Assembly: GCA_963760795.1 (NCBI GenBank)
Contig: CAVXEP010000012.1
Span: forward strand, 256,001 to 320,000
Source of the DNA: an uncultured delta proteobacterium
GTDB lineage: Bacteria; Desulfobacterota; Binatia; UBA9968
Reading direction: 5' to 3'
Length of the DNA stretch: 64,000 nucleotides
Shown here: in pieces, positions 45,723 through 56,331 of the stretch
Layout of the letters: each line of letters opens with the position of its first letter
Numbering within the stretch: the first letter of the stretch is position 1
The notes under the pieces: generated by a model
The model's input: only the letters and a program-made list of their open reading frames with translations
Told to the model about the DNA's origin: nothing
Databases searched by the model: none
Made by a program: the position numbers and the translations under genes

Positions 45723-46795
45723 GGCTTCTCCGGCATGAAGTAAAATAAGAATGCCATGATGACGTAGACCGTGATCAGCTGCACGCCCTTATACCAGTTC
45801 GATCGCCCGTCCCCCGAAACCATCGCGCCGATCAATACGGCGAGCAACAGAGCGCCAATCTCGGCCCTGCCGAAGGCAAGCTCAAGCGGCTGGGGACCCA
45901 CCGCATAACTCAGGAGCACCAGAGCAGGGGCAATAAATAGCGCGATTTGGATACAACTGCCGAGGGCGATGCCCACGGTGAGATCCAGCTTGTTTTTCCG
46001 CGCCATGGCGATCGCCGAGCCACTCTCGGCGGCGCCGCCGACGATAGCCAGAAAGACGATGCCAATGAAGGTCTGCGTCATACCGAGTGCTTTGCCGGTC
46101 CCCTCGGCGGCGCCGACCAGGATCTCACTCATCCACGCCGCCAATACCGAGGCGACAATCAGGCTGCCGACCGCCCTTGGCATTCCCCAATGCTCGCCCT
46201 CGCCATGGTGTTCTTCCTGACCGCCTGCGGCTGCAAAGAATTCGGGATGAGTCTTGAGCATGAACAGGAGGTACAGCCCATAGGCGATCAAGAGGACGAA
46301 CGCCATGCCCAGGTTGAGAAGTTGCTCTTGGCGCATCGTCGCCTCCGACGAAAAGAAGCGGCTGAATGAACTCGGCACCACCAGGCTGATGACGGCGATG
46401 AGCATCATCGAGCTGTAGAGCCGAGTGGCGCCGGGGTTGTATTCCTGATTGTGGTAACGCAGTCCGCCGAGAAGGAAGGCGACTCCCTGAGCCAGCAGAA
46501 GATTCGCCAGGATCGCGCCGGCGATCGAAGCCCGCACCATGTCGAACAGCCCGGCTTTCAGGGCAACCGTCGCGATGATCAGCTCAGGGGCGTTGCCGAA
46601 GGTCGCGTTGAGCAGTCCGCCGACGGCGTCACCCGTCCGTGAAGCGATGTGCTCCGTCGCCTCGACGATGAGATGGGCAATGGGAATGATCGCCACACAG
46701 GCAGTGAAAAAAATCCATGTGTGCGCCTGCGGCCAAAAGTGCTCAAGCGCGACGGCGATCGGAATAAAGATAAGCAGCCAGTTGATTGTCACCAC
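45719..46795 (-). CDS. cax: Calcium/proton exchanger
   Basis: GGLLNATFGNAPELI, FMLKTH, LGSCIQIAL, GRSNWYKG. Confidence 0.92.
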   Translation of the reverse strand: MVTINWLLIFIPIAVALEHFWPQAHTWIFFTACVAIIPIAHLIVEATEHIASRTGDAVGGLLNATFGNAPELIIATVALKAGLFDMVRASIAGAILANLLLAQGVAFLLGGLRYHNQEYNPGATRLYSSMMLIAVISLVVPSSFSRFFSSEATMRQEQLLNLGMAFVLLIAYGLYLLFMLKTHPEFFAAAGGQEEHHGEGEHWGMPRAVGSLIVASVLAAWMSEILVGAAEGTGKALGMTQTFIGIVFLAIVGGAAESGSAIAMARKNKLDLTVGIALGSCIQIALFIAPALVLLSYAVGPQPLELAFGRAEIGALLLAVLIGAMVSGDGRSNWYKGVQLITVYVIMAFLFYFMPEKP

Positions 46796-46876
46796 AAGTT
46801 CCTATGAATTTCGTCGATTAATTTAGATCAGTGAGTGCGTCGATTACCATAGGCTTCTGCAATTCGTTTATGGCTT

Positions 46877-47010
46877 TCATAAAAATAGCGCGCACAGCGC
46901 CGTTATGACCAGGATGCCGGAAAGGTTCAGCCAGACGCCGGCCTTCATCATCTGTGAAATGCGCACCAGCCCGGTTCCGAACACGATTGCGTTCGGCGGC
47001 GTGCCCACCG
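46877..47010 (-). pseudogene. SLC13/SdcS-type DASS transporter C-terminal remnant
   Basis: VGTPPNAIVFGTGLVRISQMMKAGVWLN. Confidence 0.8.
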
Positions 47011-47324
47011 AAAGTTGGCAGGAAATTTTCGCATGGCGAGCAAGCCATGGAGCACGAACAGGAACGAAACCAGGGCGACGACCGCAGCTACGATGCCGGA
47101 ATAGGCTTTGCCGAGGATAAACTGTCCCTCGAACATCTTGGTCACCCACCACATGCATCGTTGCTGATCAGGATCGTCGACACGAAAGCCATGTGGCCCC
47201 ACATGAAAAGACCGAGGAACAATCCGCTCGCGCTCTGGACAAAATCCAGCCGCGCCGGCCAGTGACTCTTTCGCGCATTAAGGCCCAGACCGGTTCCGGC
47301 AATAACGTCGACTTGATGGTCCAT
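47011..47324 (-). pseudogene. frdC: frdC N-terminal duplicate, truncated and frameshifted
   Basis: Closely matches 56790-57105. Confidence 0.9.
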
Positions 47325-47467
47325 GGTATTAACCTCCCGAGAAAACGAGATCCTATGTCTCCCTCACCGAAACATCGCGCGCGTCGTCGTACGGACGAGA
47401 AACACCACCGACTACGTCCGCCGCTGCGAAAACTCTGAACAGTGCTTGCGAGGTCTGACAATCACAG

Positions 47468-48322
47468 TTATAAAACGATCTCTCCCGTAGCGGGCACGGC
47501 CAGCACCGGACACGGAGCGTCACGGACCACAAGTTCCGTCACCCTTCCACGCATGGCATCGACGATGCCATTCGTGCCTTCAGTCGCCATAACGATCAGA
47601 TCAGCGCTTTGGGCGCTGTTTAAGATCCTTGCCACCACGTCGCCCTCGCGGCGCAGCTCCTTCCAGACCCAGGCTTTGCCCTCCGGGCGATCGACGCGCG
47701 GAAACTCGTTGCCATTGACGTGAAGAAGGACGATTTCTACGCATTCATCGCCCAATGCTTCGGCGGCGCGGGTCGCCCGGATCACAGCTTCGCGCGAGTC
47801 CGGCATGTAGTCGATAGGCAAGAGAATCCGTCGCAAGTGAATGTCTCCGTCAAGCGAGACGATGCCGCGGCAACCGCGGGGCACGAAGAGCGTCATCGCA
47901 TTCGTCCGACGGGCGACTGCTTGGGCCACGGACGGTTTAAGCCAGAGCGGCAAGCCGCGCCGCCCGCCTGTGGCGAGGACCACTAGGTCCGGTTTTTGTT
48001 TCTCGATTTGACGCATGCTCGTCTTTATCGGGTCTCCTTGCGCGCTTACCTTAATGATACGCACACCGAGCTTTTTGAAAACCATGGACGAGGGCAGCCT
48101 CCCGCTTTCGATCACCTGCCAACGTGCGAGCGTCTTGCGGACCGCGGGGAACTGGGACCAATCTTCCGATTTGCCGCGGCGCGCATGCATAATGATCAAT
48201 TGGGTCTTCCTCAGTAGAGCGATGGCGAGGGCGTGGGCAAACGCCAATTCGCTCGCCTCGGAAAAATCCGAGGGATGAAAAATCGACTTAACAAAAGGGA
48301 TCGTCTGTGCTTGCGTGCTCAT
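47468..48322 (-). CDS. Universal stress protein (tandem USP)
   Basis: IFHPSDFS, DLVVLATGGR, ILLPIDY, DLIVMATEG, VRDAPCPVLAVP. Confidence 0.92.
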   Translation of the reverse strand: MSTQAQTIPFVKSIFHPSDFSEASELAFAHALAIALLRKTQLIIMHARRGKSEDWSQFPAVRKTLARWQVIESGRLPSSMVFKKLGVRIIKVSAQGDPIKTSMRQIEKQKPDLVVLATGGRRGLPLWLKPSVAQAVARRTNAMTLFVPRGCRGIVSLDGDIHLRRILLPIDYMPDSREAVIRATRAAEALGDECVEIVLLHVNGNEFPRVDRPEGKAWVWKELRREGDVVARILNSAQSADLIVMATEGTNGIVDAMRGRVTELVVRDAPCPVLAVPATGEIVL

Positions 48323-48617
48323 GGTCTCGCGCCCCGTGCAGTGCATTTAGCCGCGCCGGTAAAATTTTTGTACTGACGATGGCAGGTAAGGTGATTGGGT
48401 TTCGCCAAGTTACTCAAGGGAGCTCCTGGAAACTAGGTCACGTCGAGTCTTCTCGATCACCAGATATTTCGACCTTCCCTCCATCGCGTCACTCCTACCT
48501 AAATCACTCTAGACTTCACCTCATCTCCCACGCTGTAGGTGATCCCGTCGCCTTTGCGCTACAGAGCAACATTTCAGCGGCTCTACGATGACTTGTAACG
48601 AAGAGCGAAAAGCGCCG

Positions 48618-48637
48618 CTATTGGACCTTAGTCCAAC
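48618..48637. promoter_or_regulatory. Palindrome CTATTGGAC-CTTA-GTCCAAC
   Basis: 19 nt identical to the 19266 box; upstream of the USP gene. Confidence 0.65.
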
Positions 48638-48928
48638 CTGGTACCGGCAAGCAATCCGAGCTCGTGTGTTGGTAGGATCGACACAAGCAACGAGAGCTCC
48701 AAACCGGCATCGGTGAAGCCTTCAGTCAGCACAATGCCTATTTATTACCGAGATTCTGAATCAGCTTATTGCGAGCACCAAGGGCAGGCAAATCGCCGTC
48801 GAGACGGGCGAAGAAAATGATTCCAAAGACTGTGCACAATCGGCAGTAATGGGTCGACGCCAGAGCGCTTAGCGCTAATCCGCTAAGAAACAATGAGCTA
48901 GTGAACTGTAACGCTTGATGCGCGTAAA

Positions 48929-48996
48929 CCGTTCATGGTTCGACGTCTCACCACGAAAGGCACTCCTTTGCCGTTCGCCTGAGCTACGTCGAAGGG
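48929..48996. repeat. REP-like paired unit
   Basis: ccgttcatggttcgac...ctcaccacgaa / ccgttcgcctgagctacgtcgaaggg. Confidence 0.6.
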
Positions 48997-49034
48997 CTCC
49001 GAAGATTTGAACGCTAAGTTGATGTTACAGTCCA

Positions 49035-49260
49035 CTGGTCATGGAGATCGCCGCGCGACGATCCACATAAGATACGCCCCGCAACGCGGCTCGTGCGTGG
49101 ATCGTTGGGCTTCGAATCTTAAAGTACGGTGGAGTGCAAATCACCGACCGCCGCTGTGCGCAGTGTTGCAAGACGTGAAGGGCGTCAATAGGTATGCGTC
49201 GCCAAGGGTCAGCGTTCTTCGCGCCACCCTCGACTTCACGAGCACCAGCCCGATCCGACC
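49035..49260 (-). pseudogene. Degraded internal fragment of a CitT-type DASS gene
   Basis: RIGLVLVK..RRTLTLG..LTPFTSCNTAHSGG..DSKPNDP..GAYLMW parallels 51390-51625. Confidence 0.7.
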
Positions 49261-49378
49261 GTATTAGTCCGCTTATAGCATTGAAATCGTGCAGGGATGC
49301 ATGCGGAAGGGACACTTTATGCGCTCATTATGAGCTCAATGAGCTCGCTCACAACTCCACCGCACTATCCCGCTTGCA

Positions 49379-50035
49379 TCAATATTTGGATAGAGTGGCC
49401 AGTAAGTTCCGCGTGCCCGCAGGCGGCTGTACTCTGCCGCTAAGAATCTCTCCCGCTGTAACCGGCTTGCCGTAATAGCCGGCGTTGAAGTCATCTTTCG
49501 TACCCATGCTGGTGCCCTCGAGGGAAACGCCGGCAAATAGTCCCTGGCTCTGGCTGTAACTGTACATCGCTGCCTGCAAAGCTACGCCGCCCTCGGCCGT
49601 GCGTCCTAGAGGACCCGCCGCTATGCTGAGGTTCCCACCAAGCGTGACGTTGGCCTGTTTGGCAAATGCGTCAACAGCAGCCGGAGTGTTGAGGATAATA
49701 ACGAATTCGGTGATCTCGACCCCAGCTTGAAAACCGACGCCAAGTCCCCCCGTACCGATCGAGGAGGGGGCGCTCCAACCTTTTTCCGTCCGCGCAACGA
49801 CAACTCCAGTACCGCCCCTGGCACTACCAATAAACCCGGCCTTTGTGACGGTAAGAATCGCCACACCTCTGGCTGCGCGTAGGACGGCGGGCGGAATTCC
49901 TTTCTCCGGGATCGCCTCAAACCGTTGAATGATGGCCGCTGCTTGATCAACATCTGCCTGCATCGCATCGCGCGGAGAAACCGTAGCGCAGGCGCTGAAC
50001 AATGCTGCGGCGATCACACAAATAATTGCCTTCAT
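49379..50035 (-). CDS. YSC84/SYLF lipid-binding lipoprotein
   Basis: FSAC lipobox, KAGFIGSARGGTGV, GWSAPS, YSQSQGLFAGVSLEG. Confidence 0.9.
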   Translation of the reverse strand: MKAIICVIAAALFSACATVSPRDAMQADVDQAAAIIQRFEAIPEKGIPPAVLRAARGVAILTVTKAGFIGSARGGTGVVVARTEKGWSAPSSIGTGGLGVGFQAGVEITEFVIILNTPAAVDAFAKQANVTLGGNLSIAAGPLGRTAEGGVALQAAMYSYSQSQGLFAGVSLEGTSMGTKDDFNAGYYGKPVTAGEILSGRVQPPAGTRNLLATLSKY

Positions 50036-50344
50036 GACAAACTCCTTTTATCTGACATTGCATCGATTCGTTGGATTCTGTGGCTGAAACTGCGCTTTCT
50101 GCCTACTCGGCGCGGCAGTTGGAAATTTACTCGGACTATTAGTCAGCTCATACCATTGCAATCGTGAGAAGTCTATTGAAATCATGGGAGAGTTTTTGGA
50201 CAGCTTCACATCTCTTTTAGCATCCCGGAAATTTTCTCTGCCCCGGACCGGTCGAATATTGAAGAGGCAAAAGATAATAGCAGAACAGCCCTAGCAACGG
50301 ACCACCGAATAGGCCGATGGGTTTTATCATCGCGACAGTCATTC

Positions 50345-50428
50345 AGCGCCCACAGGCAACGCAACGAAGTTGGCGACTAGCCCCGGCATCATGAAACAAG
50401 TGGGGTTCACCACGTACCCATTGTAGTA
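50345..50428 (-). pseudogene. Possible DcuA/DcuB C-terminal remnant
   Basis: YVVN...FMMPGLVA resembles the Dcu tail GKYVxNHSFMxPGL. Confidence 0.4.
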
Positions 50429-50535
50429 GGCATCCGGGAACCTCGCGGTCTGCTAGGAAGTCATGCTCCATCCGGAATGGGTTCGATCGTCTCCACTCTC
50501 ACTCTGCGAGGCGCGCGCCGAGGCACCGGCGGCGG

Positions 50536-51984
50536 TCAGCGCAGCATTACCCAGGGCACGATGATCACCATATAAACGCCGAGGTAAATGAGCCCGAAGA
50601 TCGCGCCGAGACGCCACCAGTCAGCCGACGGTATGAAGCCGCTGCCGTAATACACCGGGCTCGGCCCTGTACCATAGGGCGTAATGATTCCCATGATGCC
50701 GAGTTGGAGACATAGCAATAGCGCCATCTTCTCGACCGGCATACCTGGAATCGACGCGCCCACCGCCAGCAGCACCGGCAACACGGCGGTCACATGCGCG
50801 GTCACGCTGGCGAACAGGTAATGGACAAAATGATTGACGAGCGCAAGCACGATGATCGCCATCACCGGAGTCATTCCGCCCAGTTGGGCTCCGACAGTTT
50901 CGGCGAACCACTTGATAAATCCAACCCGCGCCAGACCGTCGGCGAGCGCCACCAGCGTGGCAAACCACGCAAGCGTGTTCCAGGCGTCCTTGTACGAGGT
51001 CATGTCGCTCCACTTGATGACGCCCGTGATCAGCAGCAGGCCGATGACGACCAGCGCGACCGTGGTCGCATTCATCAAGTCGGCGCCAAAGACCCACAGC
51101 AGCAGTGCGGTCAGTACGAATACCAGCAGCAGGATTTCATTCCTTGTCAGGCCGCCCATCTTGGCCAGTTCACCCGCCGCCCATTTCGGTATTTCTTCTC
51201 CGGCCTTGATCTCGGGAGGATAGAGCCAGTACGCGAGCAGCGGCACCAGCGCGAGCAGGATGAGCCCGGCGGGAATGAATGCGAAAAACCAGGTGATCCA
51301 CTCAAACTCAATATTGACGGTCTTCTTGACTATTTCGATCGCCAGTACGTTTGGCGCGAGACCGGTCATGAACATCGAGCTGGTCACGCAAGTGGCGGCA
51401 ATGGCGACCCACATGAGATAGGAGCCGATCTTGCGCGCTGACGGGTCATTCGGCTTCGAGTCATACAACGGCGGCAAGTTGCTGATGACCGGGTAGATCG
51501 TGCCGCCGCTACGCGCGGTATTGGACGGCGTAAACGGGGCGAGGGCCAAGTCGGCGACCAAGACTGCGTAGCCCAGCGTTAAGGTTTTCCTGCCCATGGC
51601 CTGCACCAGAATCAGCGCGATACGCTTGCCGAGTCCGGTCTTGTCATAGCCGAGAGCAAACATGAACGCGCCGAAGATCAGCCACACCGTCGTGTTGGAG
51701 AAGCCGGAGAGCCCCCATGCGAGCGATGCATTGGCCGGATTGAAGCCAGGCTTAGCGAGCTGCTCCGGGCTGTAGAACGCGTATTCGGAGAGCAGAATGA
51801 CGATGGTTACACCGATCAACCCGATGGCGCCGCCGGGCAGTGGCTCAAGAATCAGGCCGACTATGACGCCGACAAAAATCGCGAAGTAATACCATGCATA
51901 CTGCGGCAGCCCCGGCGGGGCGGGGATGAGAGCGATAACGATCGCGACCGCAACGGGCGCAAAATGTTTCCAGGTGAGATTCAT
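50536..51984 (-). CDS. DASS family anion permease (CitT/TtdT-like)
   Basis: PFTPSNTARSGG, HYLFASVTAH, TPYGTGPSPVYYGSG. Confidence 0.93.
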   Translation of the reverse strand: MNLTWKHFAPVAVAIVIALIPAPPGLPQYAWYYFAIFVGVIVGLILEPLPGGAIGLIGVTIVILLSEYAFYSPEQLAKPGFNPANASLAWGLSGFSNTTVWLIFGAFMFALGYDKTGLGKRIALILVQAMGRKTLTLGYAVLVADLALAPFTPSNTARSGGTIYPVISNLPPLYDSKPNDPSARKIGSYLMWVAIAATCVTSSMFMTGLAPNVLAIEIVKKTVNIEFEWITWFFAFIPAGLILLALVPLLAYWLYPPEIKAGEEIPKWAAGELAKMGGLTRNEILLLVFVLTALLLWVFGADLMNATTVALVVIGLLLITGVIKWSDMTSYKDAWNTLAWFATLVALADGLARVGFIKWFAETVGAQLGGMTPVMAIIVLALVNHFVHYLFASVTAHVTAVLPVLLAVGASIPGMPVEKMALLLCLQLGIMGIITPYGTGPSPVYYGSGFIPSADWWRLGAIFGLIYLGVYMVIIVPWVMLR

Positions 51985-52008
51985 GTTGCCTCCTGATCGA
52001 ATCGCAGT

Positions 52009-52749
52009 CTATTTCCATCCCGCCGTGACCATTTTACGCCGCAGAAACGCGATCTGCGTCGCCAACGGCAGATTTTTCGGGCAAACGTCGTGGCAGGCGA
52101 GCAGCGACATGCAGCCGAACACGCCGTCGTCATCGCCGATCAATTCGTAATAGTCCGCATCGTCACGGCGGTCGCGCGGATCGATCCGAAAGCGGGCGAT
52201 CTTGTTGAGCCCCACCGCGCCGACAAAATCTTCCCGCATGCGCGCCGTGCCGCAACCCGCAACGCAGCAGCCGCACTCGATGCAGCGGTCGAGCTCGTAG
52301 ATCTTTTCCGCCAGCTCCGGCTCCATCCTTTCTTCGAGACGGCGCAGATCCGGCTCCTGCTCCTTCATGTGCAGCCAGCTCTCCAGTCGCTCGCTCATGC
52401 CGCGCATCCAGTTGCCCGTGTCCACCGACAAGTCCGCGATCAGTTCGAACACCGGCAGCGGCGCCAGCGAGATCTCAGCGCCGAGGTTTTTCGTCAGCGT
52501 GCGGCAGGCGAGGGTCGGGCTGCCGTTGATCAGCATGCCGCAACTGCCGCAGATGCCGGCGCGGCAGACAAAGTCGAACTGCAGGGACGGATCTTGCTTC
52601 TCGCGGATCTCGCTCAAGGCGATGAACAGCGTCATATTTTCAGCTTCTTCGAGCTCGTAAGTCTGCATGCGCGGCACGCTGCCGGACTCCTGCGGGTTGA
52701 AGCGTAGAATGCTGATCTTCAGCGCGCGCCGCGCGGCTTCATTTTTCAT
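52009..52749 (-). CDS. frdB: Fumarate reductase iron-sulfur subunit
   Basis: CRAGICGSC, CIECGCCVAGC, CMSLLACHDVCP. Confidence 0.95.
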   Translation of the reverse strand: MKNEAARRALKISILRFNPQESGSVPRMQTYELEEAENMTLFIALSEIREKQDPSLQFDFVCRAGICGSCGMLINGSPTLACRTLTKNLGAEISLAPLPVFELIADLSVDTGNWMRGMSERLESWLHMKEQEPDLRRLEERMEPELAEKIYELDRCIECGCCVAGCGTARMREDFVGAVGLNKIARFRIDPRDRRDDADYYELIGDDDGVFGCMSLLACHDVCPKNLPLATQIAFLRRKMVTAGWK

Positions 52750-52802
52750 CTCCGTCCTCCGATATGGTTTGCAAATTCCCTTGCTTCGAGACTGAACGTC
52801 AC

Positions 52803-54206
52803 TCACATTCCCGGAGTGATCATCTCTTCGGGCTTGATCCACTTGTCCATGTCCTCAGCCTTGACCAGGCCCAGCGCCAGCGCGGCTTCCTTGAGAGTAG
52901 TGCCCTCGGCGTGGGCCTTCTTGGCGATCTTGGCGGCGTTGTCGTAGCCAATGTGCGGATTGAGCGCGGTGACCAGCATCAGGCTTTTATTCATCAGCTC
53001 GTCGATGCGCGCAGTGTTAGGCCGGAGGCCCGCGATGCAATGGTGCGTGAAGCCCTCGACCCCCTTGGCCAAAAGCTTGGCCGAGTGAATGAAATTGTGG
53101 ATGATCAACGGCTTAAAAACGTTAAGCTCGAAGTTGCCGCTGGCGCCGCCGACATTGACAGCCACGTCGTTGCCCAAGACCTGGGCGCAGATCATGGTGA
53201 GAGCCTCGCTCTGGGTCGGATTGACCTTGCCGGGCATGATGGAGCTGCCGGGCTCGTTCTCCGGAATGCTGATTTCGCCCAGGCCGGCGCGGGGACCCGA
53301 GGCCAGCCAACGCACGTCGTTAGCGATCTTCATCAGGGAACAGGCCAGGGTCTTGAGTGCTCCATGAGCAAAAACCAATGCGTCATGGCCGGCCAAGGCT
53401 TCAAATTTGTTAGGGGCGCTGACGAAGGGCTGCCCGGTGAGCGCGGCGATCTTGGCTGCGCCCTTGGCGGCGAACTCGGGATGCGTGTTGAGGCCGGTGC
53501 CCACCGCCGTGCCGCCCAGCGCCAGCTCGTAAAGGTGGGGCAGGGTCATGGCGATGCGCTGTATTCCGTGGTCCACCATCTGCGCCCAGCCCGAAATCTC
53601 TTGACCGAGGCTCAGCGGCACCGCGTCCATCAGGTGGGTGCGGCCGATCTTGATCACCTTGTCGTAGGCGCTCGCCTTGTCGTCGAGGTTCTTCTTCAAA
53701 TCCTTCAACGCCTCGACCAGGCCGGCCAAAACCTCCACGGCGGCAATATGCATGGCGGTGGGAAAGGTGTCGTTGGAGCTTTGCGCTTTGTTGACGTCGT
53801 CGTTGGGGTGGATCGGTTTCTTGCTCCCCATCACGCCGCTGGAAATTTCGATTGCCCGGTTGCTGATGACCTCGTTGACATTCATATTGGTCTGGGTGCC
53901 CGAGCCGGTCTGCCAAATGACCAGCGGAAAATGGTCGTCAAGCCTTCCCGAGATAACTTCGTCGGCGACCTGCGTGATTAGGTCGCCCTTTTCATTGTCC
54001 AGAAGTTTCAGCTCGACATTGGCCATGGCTGCGGCCTTTTTCAGGATGCCGAAGGCCTTGATAAGCTCTCGCGGCATCGTGTCCCGCCCCGCCCCGGCCT
54101 GGAAATACTTCAGCGAACGCTCAGTCTGAGCCCCCCAATAACGGTCCGCCGCGACCGCAATTTCACCCATGGTATCTTTTTCGATGCGAGTGTCAGCCAT
54201 TGCCAT
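52803..54206 (-). CDS. fumC: Class II fumarate hydratase
   Basis: [36 protein letters not shown]. Confidence 0.97.
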   Translation of the reverse strand: MAMADTRIEKDTMGEIAVAADRYWGAQTERSLKYFQAGAGRDTMPRELIKAFGILKKAAAMANVELKLLDNEKGDLITQVADEVISGRLDDHFPLVIWQTGSGTQTNMNVNEVISNRAIEISSGVMGSKKPIHPNDDVNKAQSSNDTFPTAMHIAAVEVLAGLVEALKDLKKNLDDKASAYDKVIKIGRTHLMDAVPLSLGQEISGWAQMVDHGIQRIAMTLPHLYELALGGTAVGTGLNTHPEFAAKGAAKIAALTGQPFVSAPNKFEALAGHDALVFAHGALKTLACSLMKIANDVRWLASGPRAGLGEISIPENEPGSSIMPGKVNPTQSEALTMICAQVLGNDVAVNVGGASGNFELNVFKPLIIHNFIHSAKLLAKGVEGFTHHCIAGLRPNTARIDELMNKSLMLVTALNPHIGYDNAAKIAKKAHAEGTTLKEAALALGLVKAEDMDKWIKPEEMITPGM

Positions 54207-54237
54207 GCTCCTTTCTTCTGCCGCTCCTTCCGGAGCG

Positions 54238-54266
54238 GTTCAAAGTTCAAGGTTCAAAGTTCAACG
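54238..54266. repeat. GTTCAAR heptamer x4
   Basis: gttcaaa gttcaag gttcaaa gttcaac between frdA and fumC. Confidence 0.75.
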
Positions 54267-54284
54267 TCAGACCCGGAACTAAAG

Positions 54285-56264
54285 CTAGAGTCTTTCGTCA
54301 ATCCGTTCATTCCTGCCGCGGAGAGGTTTGGGCAACAGATGTTCGTAGGACATCAGCTGCTCTTGCACCGCGAAACGGTCGGCGCCGTCGCGGCGCTGCT
54401 GAAGCGCTTCGATCTCGGCGAGACGCTTGGCCGTGTCGGGATGGTCGATGTGATCCTTGGCGCCGTAGCCGCGCCAGCCGGGCGGCAGCTCCATCTTCAT
54501 GATGTCGAGTTGTTCGTAGGCGAGGGACGGCAGGGTGTCGGTCTCTGATTTCCAAGTGGCTAGAGTGCGATTCAGCCATTGGGCGTCGTTGCGGCGCGGA
54601 AAGTCCTCGCGGAAGTGAGCGCCGCGGCTTTCGGTTCGCTGGAGCGCGCCATAGGCGACACACAGTGCCATCTTGAGCATCTTCTGCACCCGATAGGCCG
54701 TCACCAGTTCGGGATTAGCGCCGCGCGCCTTGTAGCGCAGGCCGATGTTGCGACTGCGCAACGAAAGCTGCTGCAGTTCGTGCACCGCCTCCTCCAACAC
54801 TGGGCCTCTGCGAAAGATGCCGACTTTATTAGTCATGATCGTCTGCATCTGGGCCATGACCGCAGCGGCGTTTTCCGTGCCGCGGCCGTCGACCAAGGCA
54901 TCGATTTTTGCTTGCTCGCGCTGCAGCGTTTCCTGAATGAGACCGGTAGGAATACTCGCGCCCGGGTCGGACCGCTCGCAAAAATCAGCGATGAACTCGC
55001 CGACGATCATGCCGGCCGCCACCGTCTCGGCCACCGAGTTGCCGCCCAAGCGGTTAAAGCCGTGCATGTCCCAGCAGGCCGCTTCGCCGGCCGAAAACAA
55101 TCCCTTCAAGGTCGGGCTTTCGCCGGTGTGGTTGGTGCGCACGCCGCCCATGGTGTAGTGCTGCGCCGGCCTGACCGGCACCCACTCCTTCACCGGATCG
55201 ACGCCGAGAAAATAGTGGCAGATTTCATAAACCTCGCGCAGGTTGTGTTTGATGTGGTGTTCGCCCAAGAGCGTGATGTCCAGCCAGAGATGATCGCCGA
55301 AGGGTGTTTTGACGCCCTTGCCTTTGGCGATGTGCTCTTCCATGCGGCGCGAGACCACGTCGCGCGAGGCAAGCTCTCTTTTCTCCGGCTCGTAATCCGG
55401 CATGAAGCGATGGCCGTCGACATCTTTCAATAACCCGCCGTCGCCGCGGGCGCCCTCGGTAAGCAGAATTCCGGGAGGAAAGGCCGGCGTCGGGTGAAAC
55501 TGCACCGCCTCCATGTTGCCCAGGGCAGCAACGCCGGTCTCCAGCGCGATGGCGGTCGGAATACCTTCGGAGATCACCGCATTCGTCGTCACACGATAGA
55601 GCCGCCCTGCTCCGCCGCCGGTAATCGCGGTGGCCTTGGCGACGTAAGCAGCCAGCTCCCCGGTAACAAGATTTCGCACCACGGCGCCGTAACAGCGACT
55701 GCCGTCGTGGATCAACGCGATTGCCTCGGCCCTTTCATGCACCGGTATTTTCTGGGCAATCGCCTGATCGCTCATCGTATTGAGCATGGCGTGGCCGGTG
55801 CCGTCCGAAACAAAACAGGTGCGCCACTTGTTGGTGCCGCCGAAGGCGCGCTGAGCGATCAGGCCATGGGCTTCGTCGCGCTCGGTGATGGTGACTTTTT
55901 GGCCGTTGATGATGACGTCGCGATCGCCCTTGGTCACCCGGCTCCAGGGCAGGCCCCAGGCCGCCAGCTCGCGCACCGCTTTGGGCGCGGTATTGACGAA
56001 CATCCGCACGACTTCCTGATCGGCGCCCCAGTCGCTACCGCGGACGGTGTCTTCGAAGTGAATGTCTTCGTTGTCGCCTTGACCCTTGATCACATTGGCA
56101 AGACTGGCCTGCATGCCGCCCTGCGCCGCGGCTGAATGCGAACGCTTGGGCGGCACCAATGAAAGAATAATCACGTCGTGGCCGCGCCGTTTGGCGCCGA
56201 TGCCGATGCGCAGTCCCGCCAGCCCGCCGCCGATGACCAAAACGTCTGTGTAAATTATTTTCAT
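54285..56264 (-). CDS. frdA: Fumarate reductase flavoprotein subunit
   Basis: [42 protein letters not shown]; Wolinella/Desulfovibrio-like. Confidence 0.96.
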   Translation of the reverse strand: MKIIYTDVLVIGGGLAGLRIGIGAKRRGHDVIILSLVPPKRSHSAAAQGGMQASLANVIKGQGDNEDIHFEDTVRGSDWGADQEVVRMFVNTAPKAVRELAAWGLPWSRVTKGDRDVIINGQKVTITERDEAHGLIAQRAFGGTNKWRTCFVSDGTGHAMLNTMSDQAIAQKIPVHERAEAIALIHDGSRCYGAVVRNLVTGELAAYVAKATAITGGGAGRLYRVTTNAVISEGIPTAIALETGVAALGNMEAVQFHPTPAFPPGILLTEGARGDGGLLKDVDGHRFMPDYEPEKRELASRDVVSRRMEEHIAKGKGVKTPFGDHLWLDITLLGEHHIKHNLREVYEICHYFLGVDPVKEWVPVRPAQHYTMGGVRTNHTGESPTLKGLFSAGEAACWDMHGFNRLGGNSVAETVAAGMIVGEFIADFCERSDPGASIPTGLIQETLQREQAKIDALVDGRGTENAAAVMAQMQTIMTNKVGIFRRGPVLEEAVHELQQLSLRSRNIGLRYKARGANPELVTAYRVQKMLKMALCVAYGALQRTESRGAHFREDFPRRNDAQWLNRTLATWKSETDTLPSLAYEQLDIMKMELPPGWRGYGAKDHIDHPDTAKRLAEIEALQQRRDGADRFAVQEQLMSYEHLLPKPLRGRNERIDERL

Positions 56265-56331
56265 GGCTTACTTCTTCCTTTTGAAATGTTCGTCAGAAGT
56301 ACTTCAAGAAATTCTCTCCTGCCAAGCAACC

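Noticed and set aside
49025-49315. 96-aa ORF
   Set aside because: Explained as a degraded DASS fragment read in mixed frames
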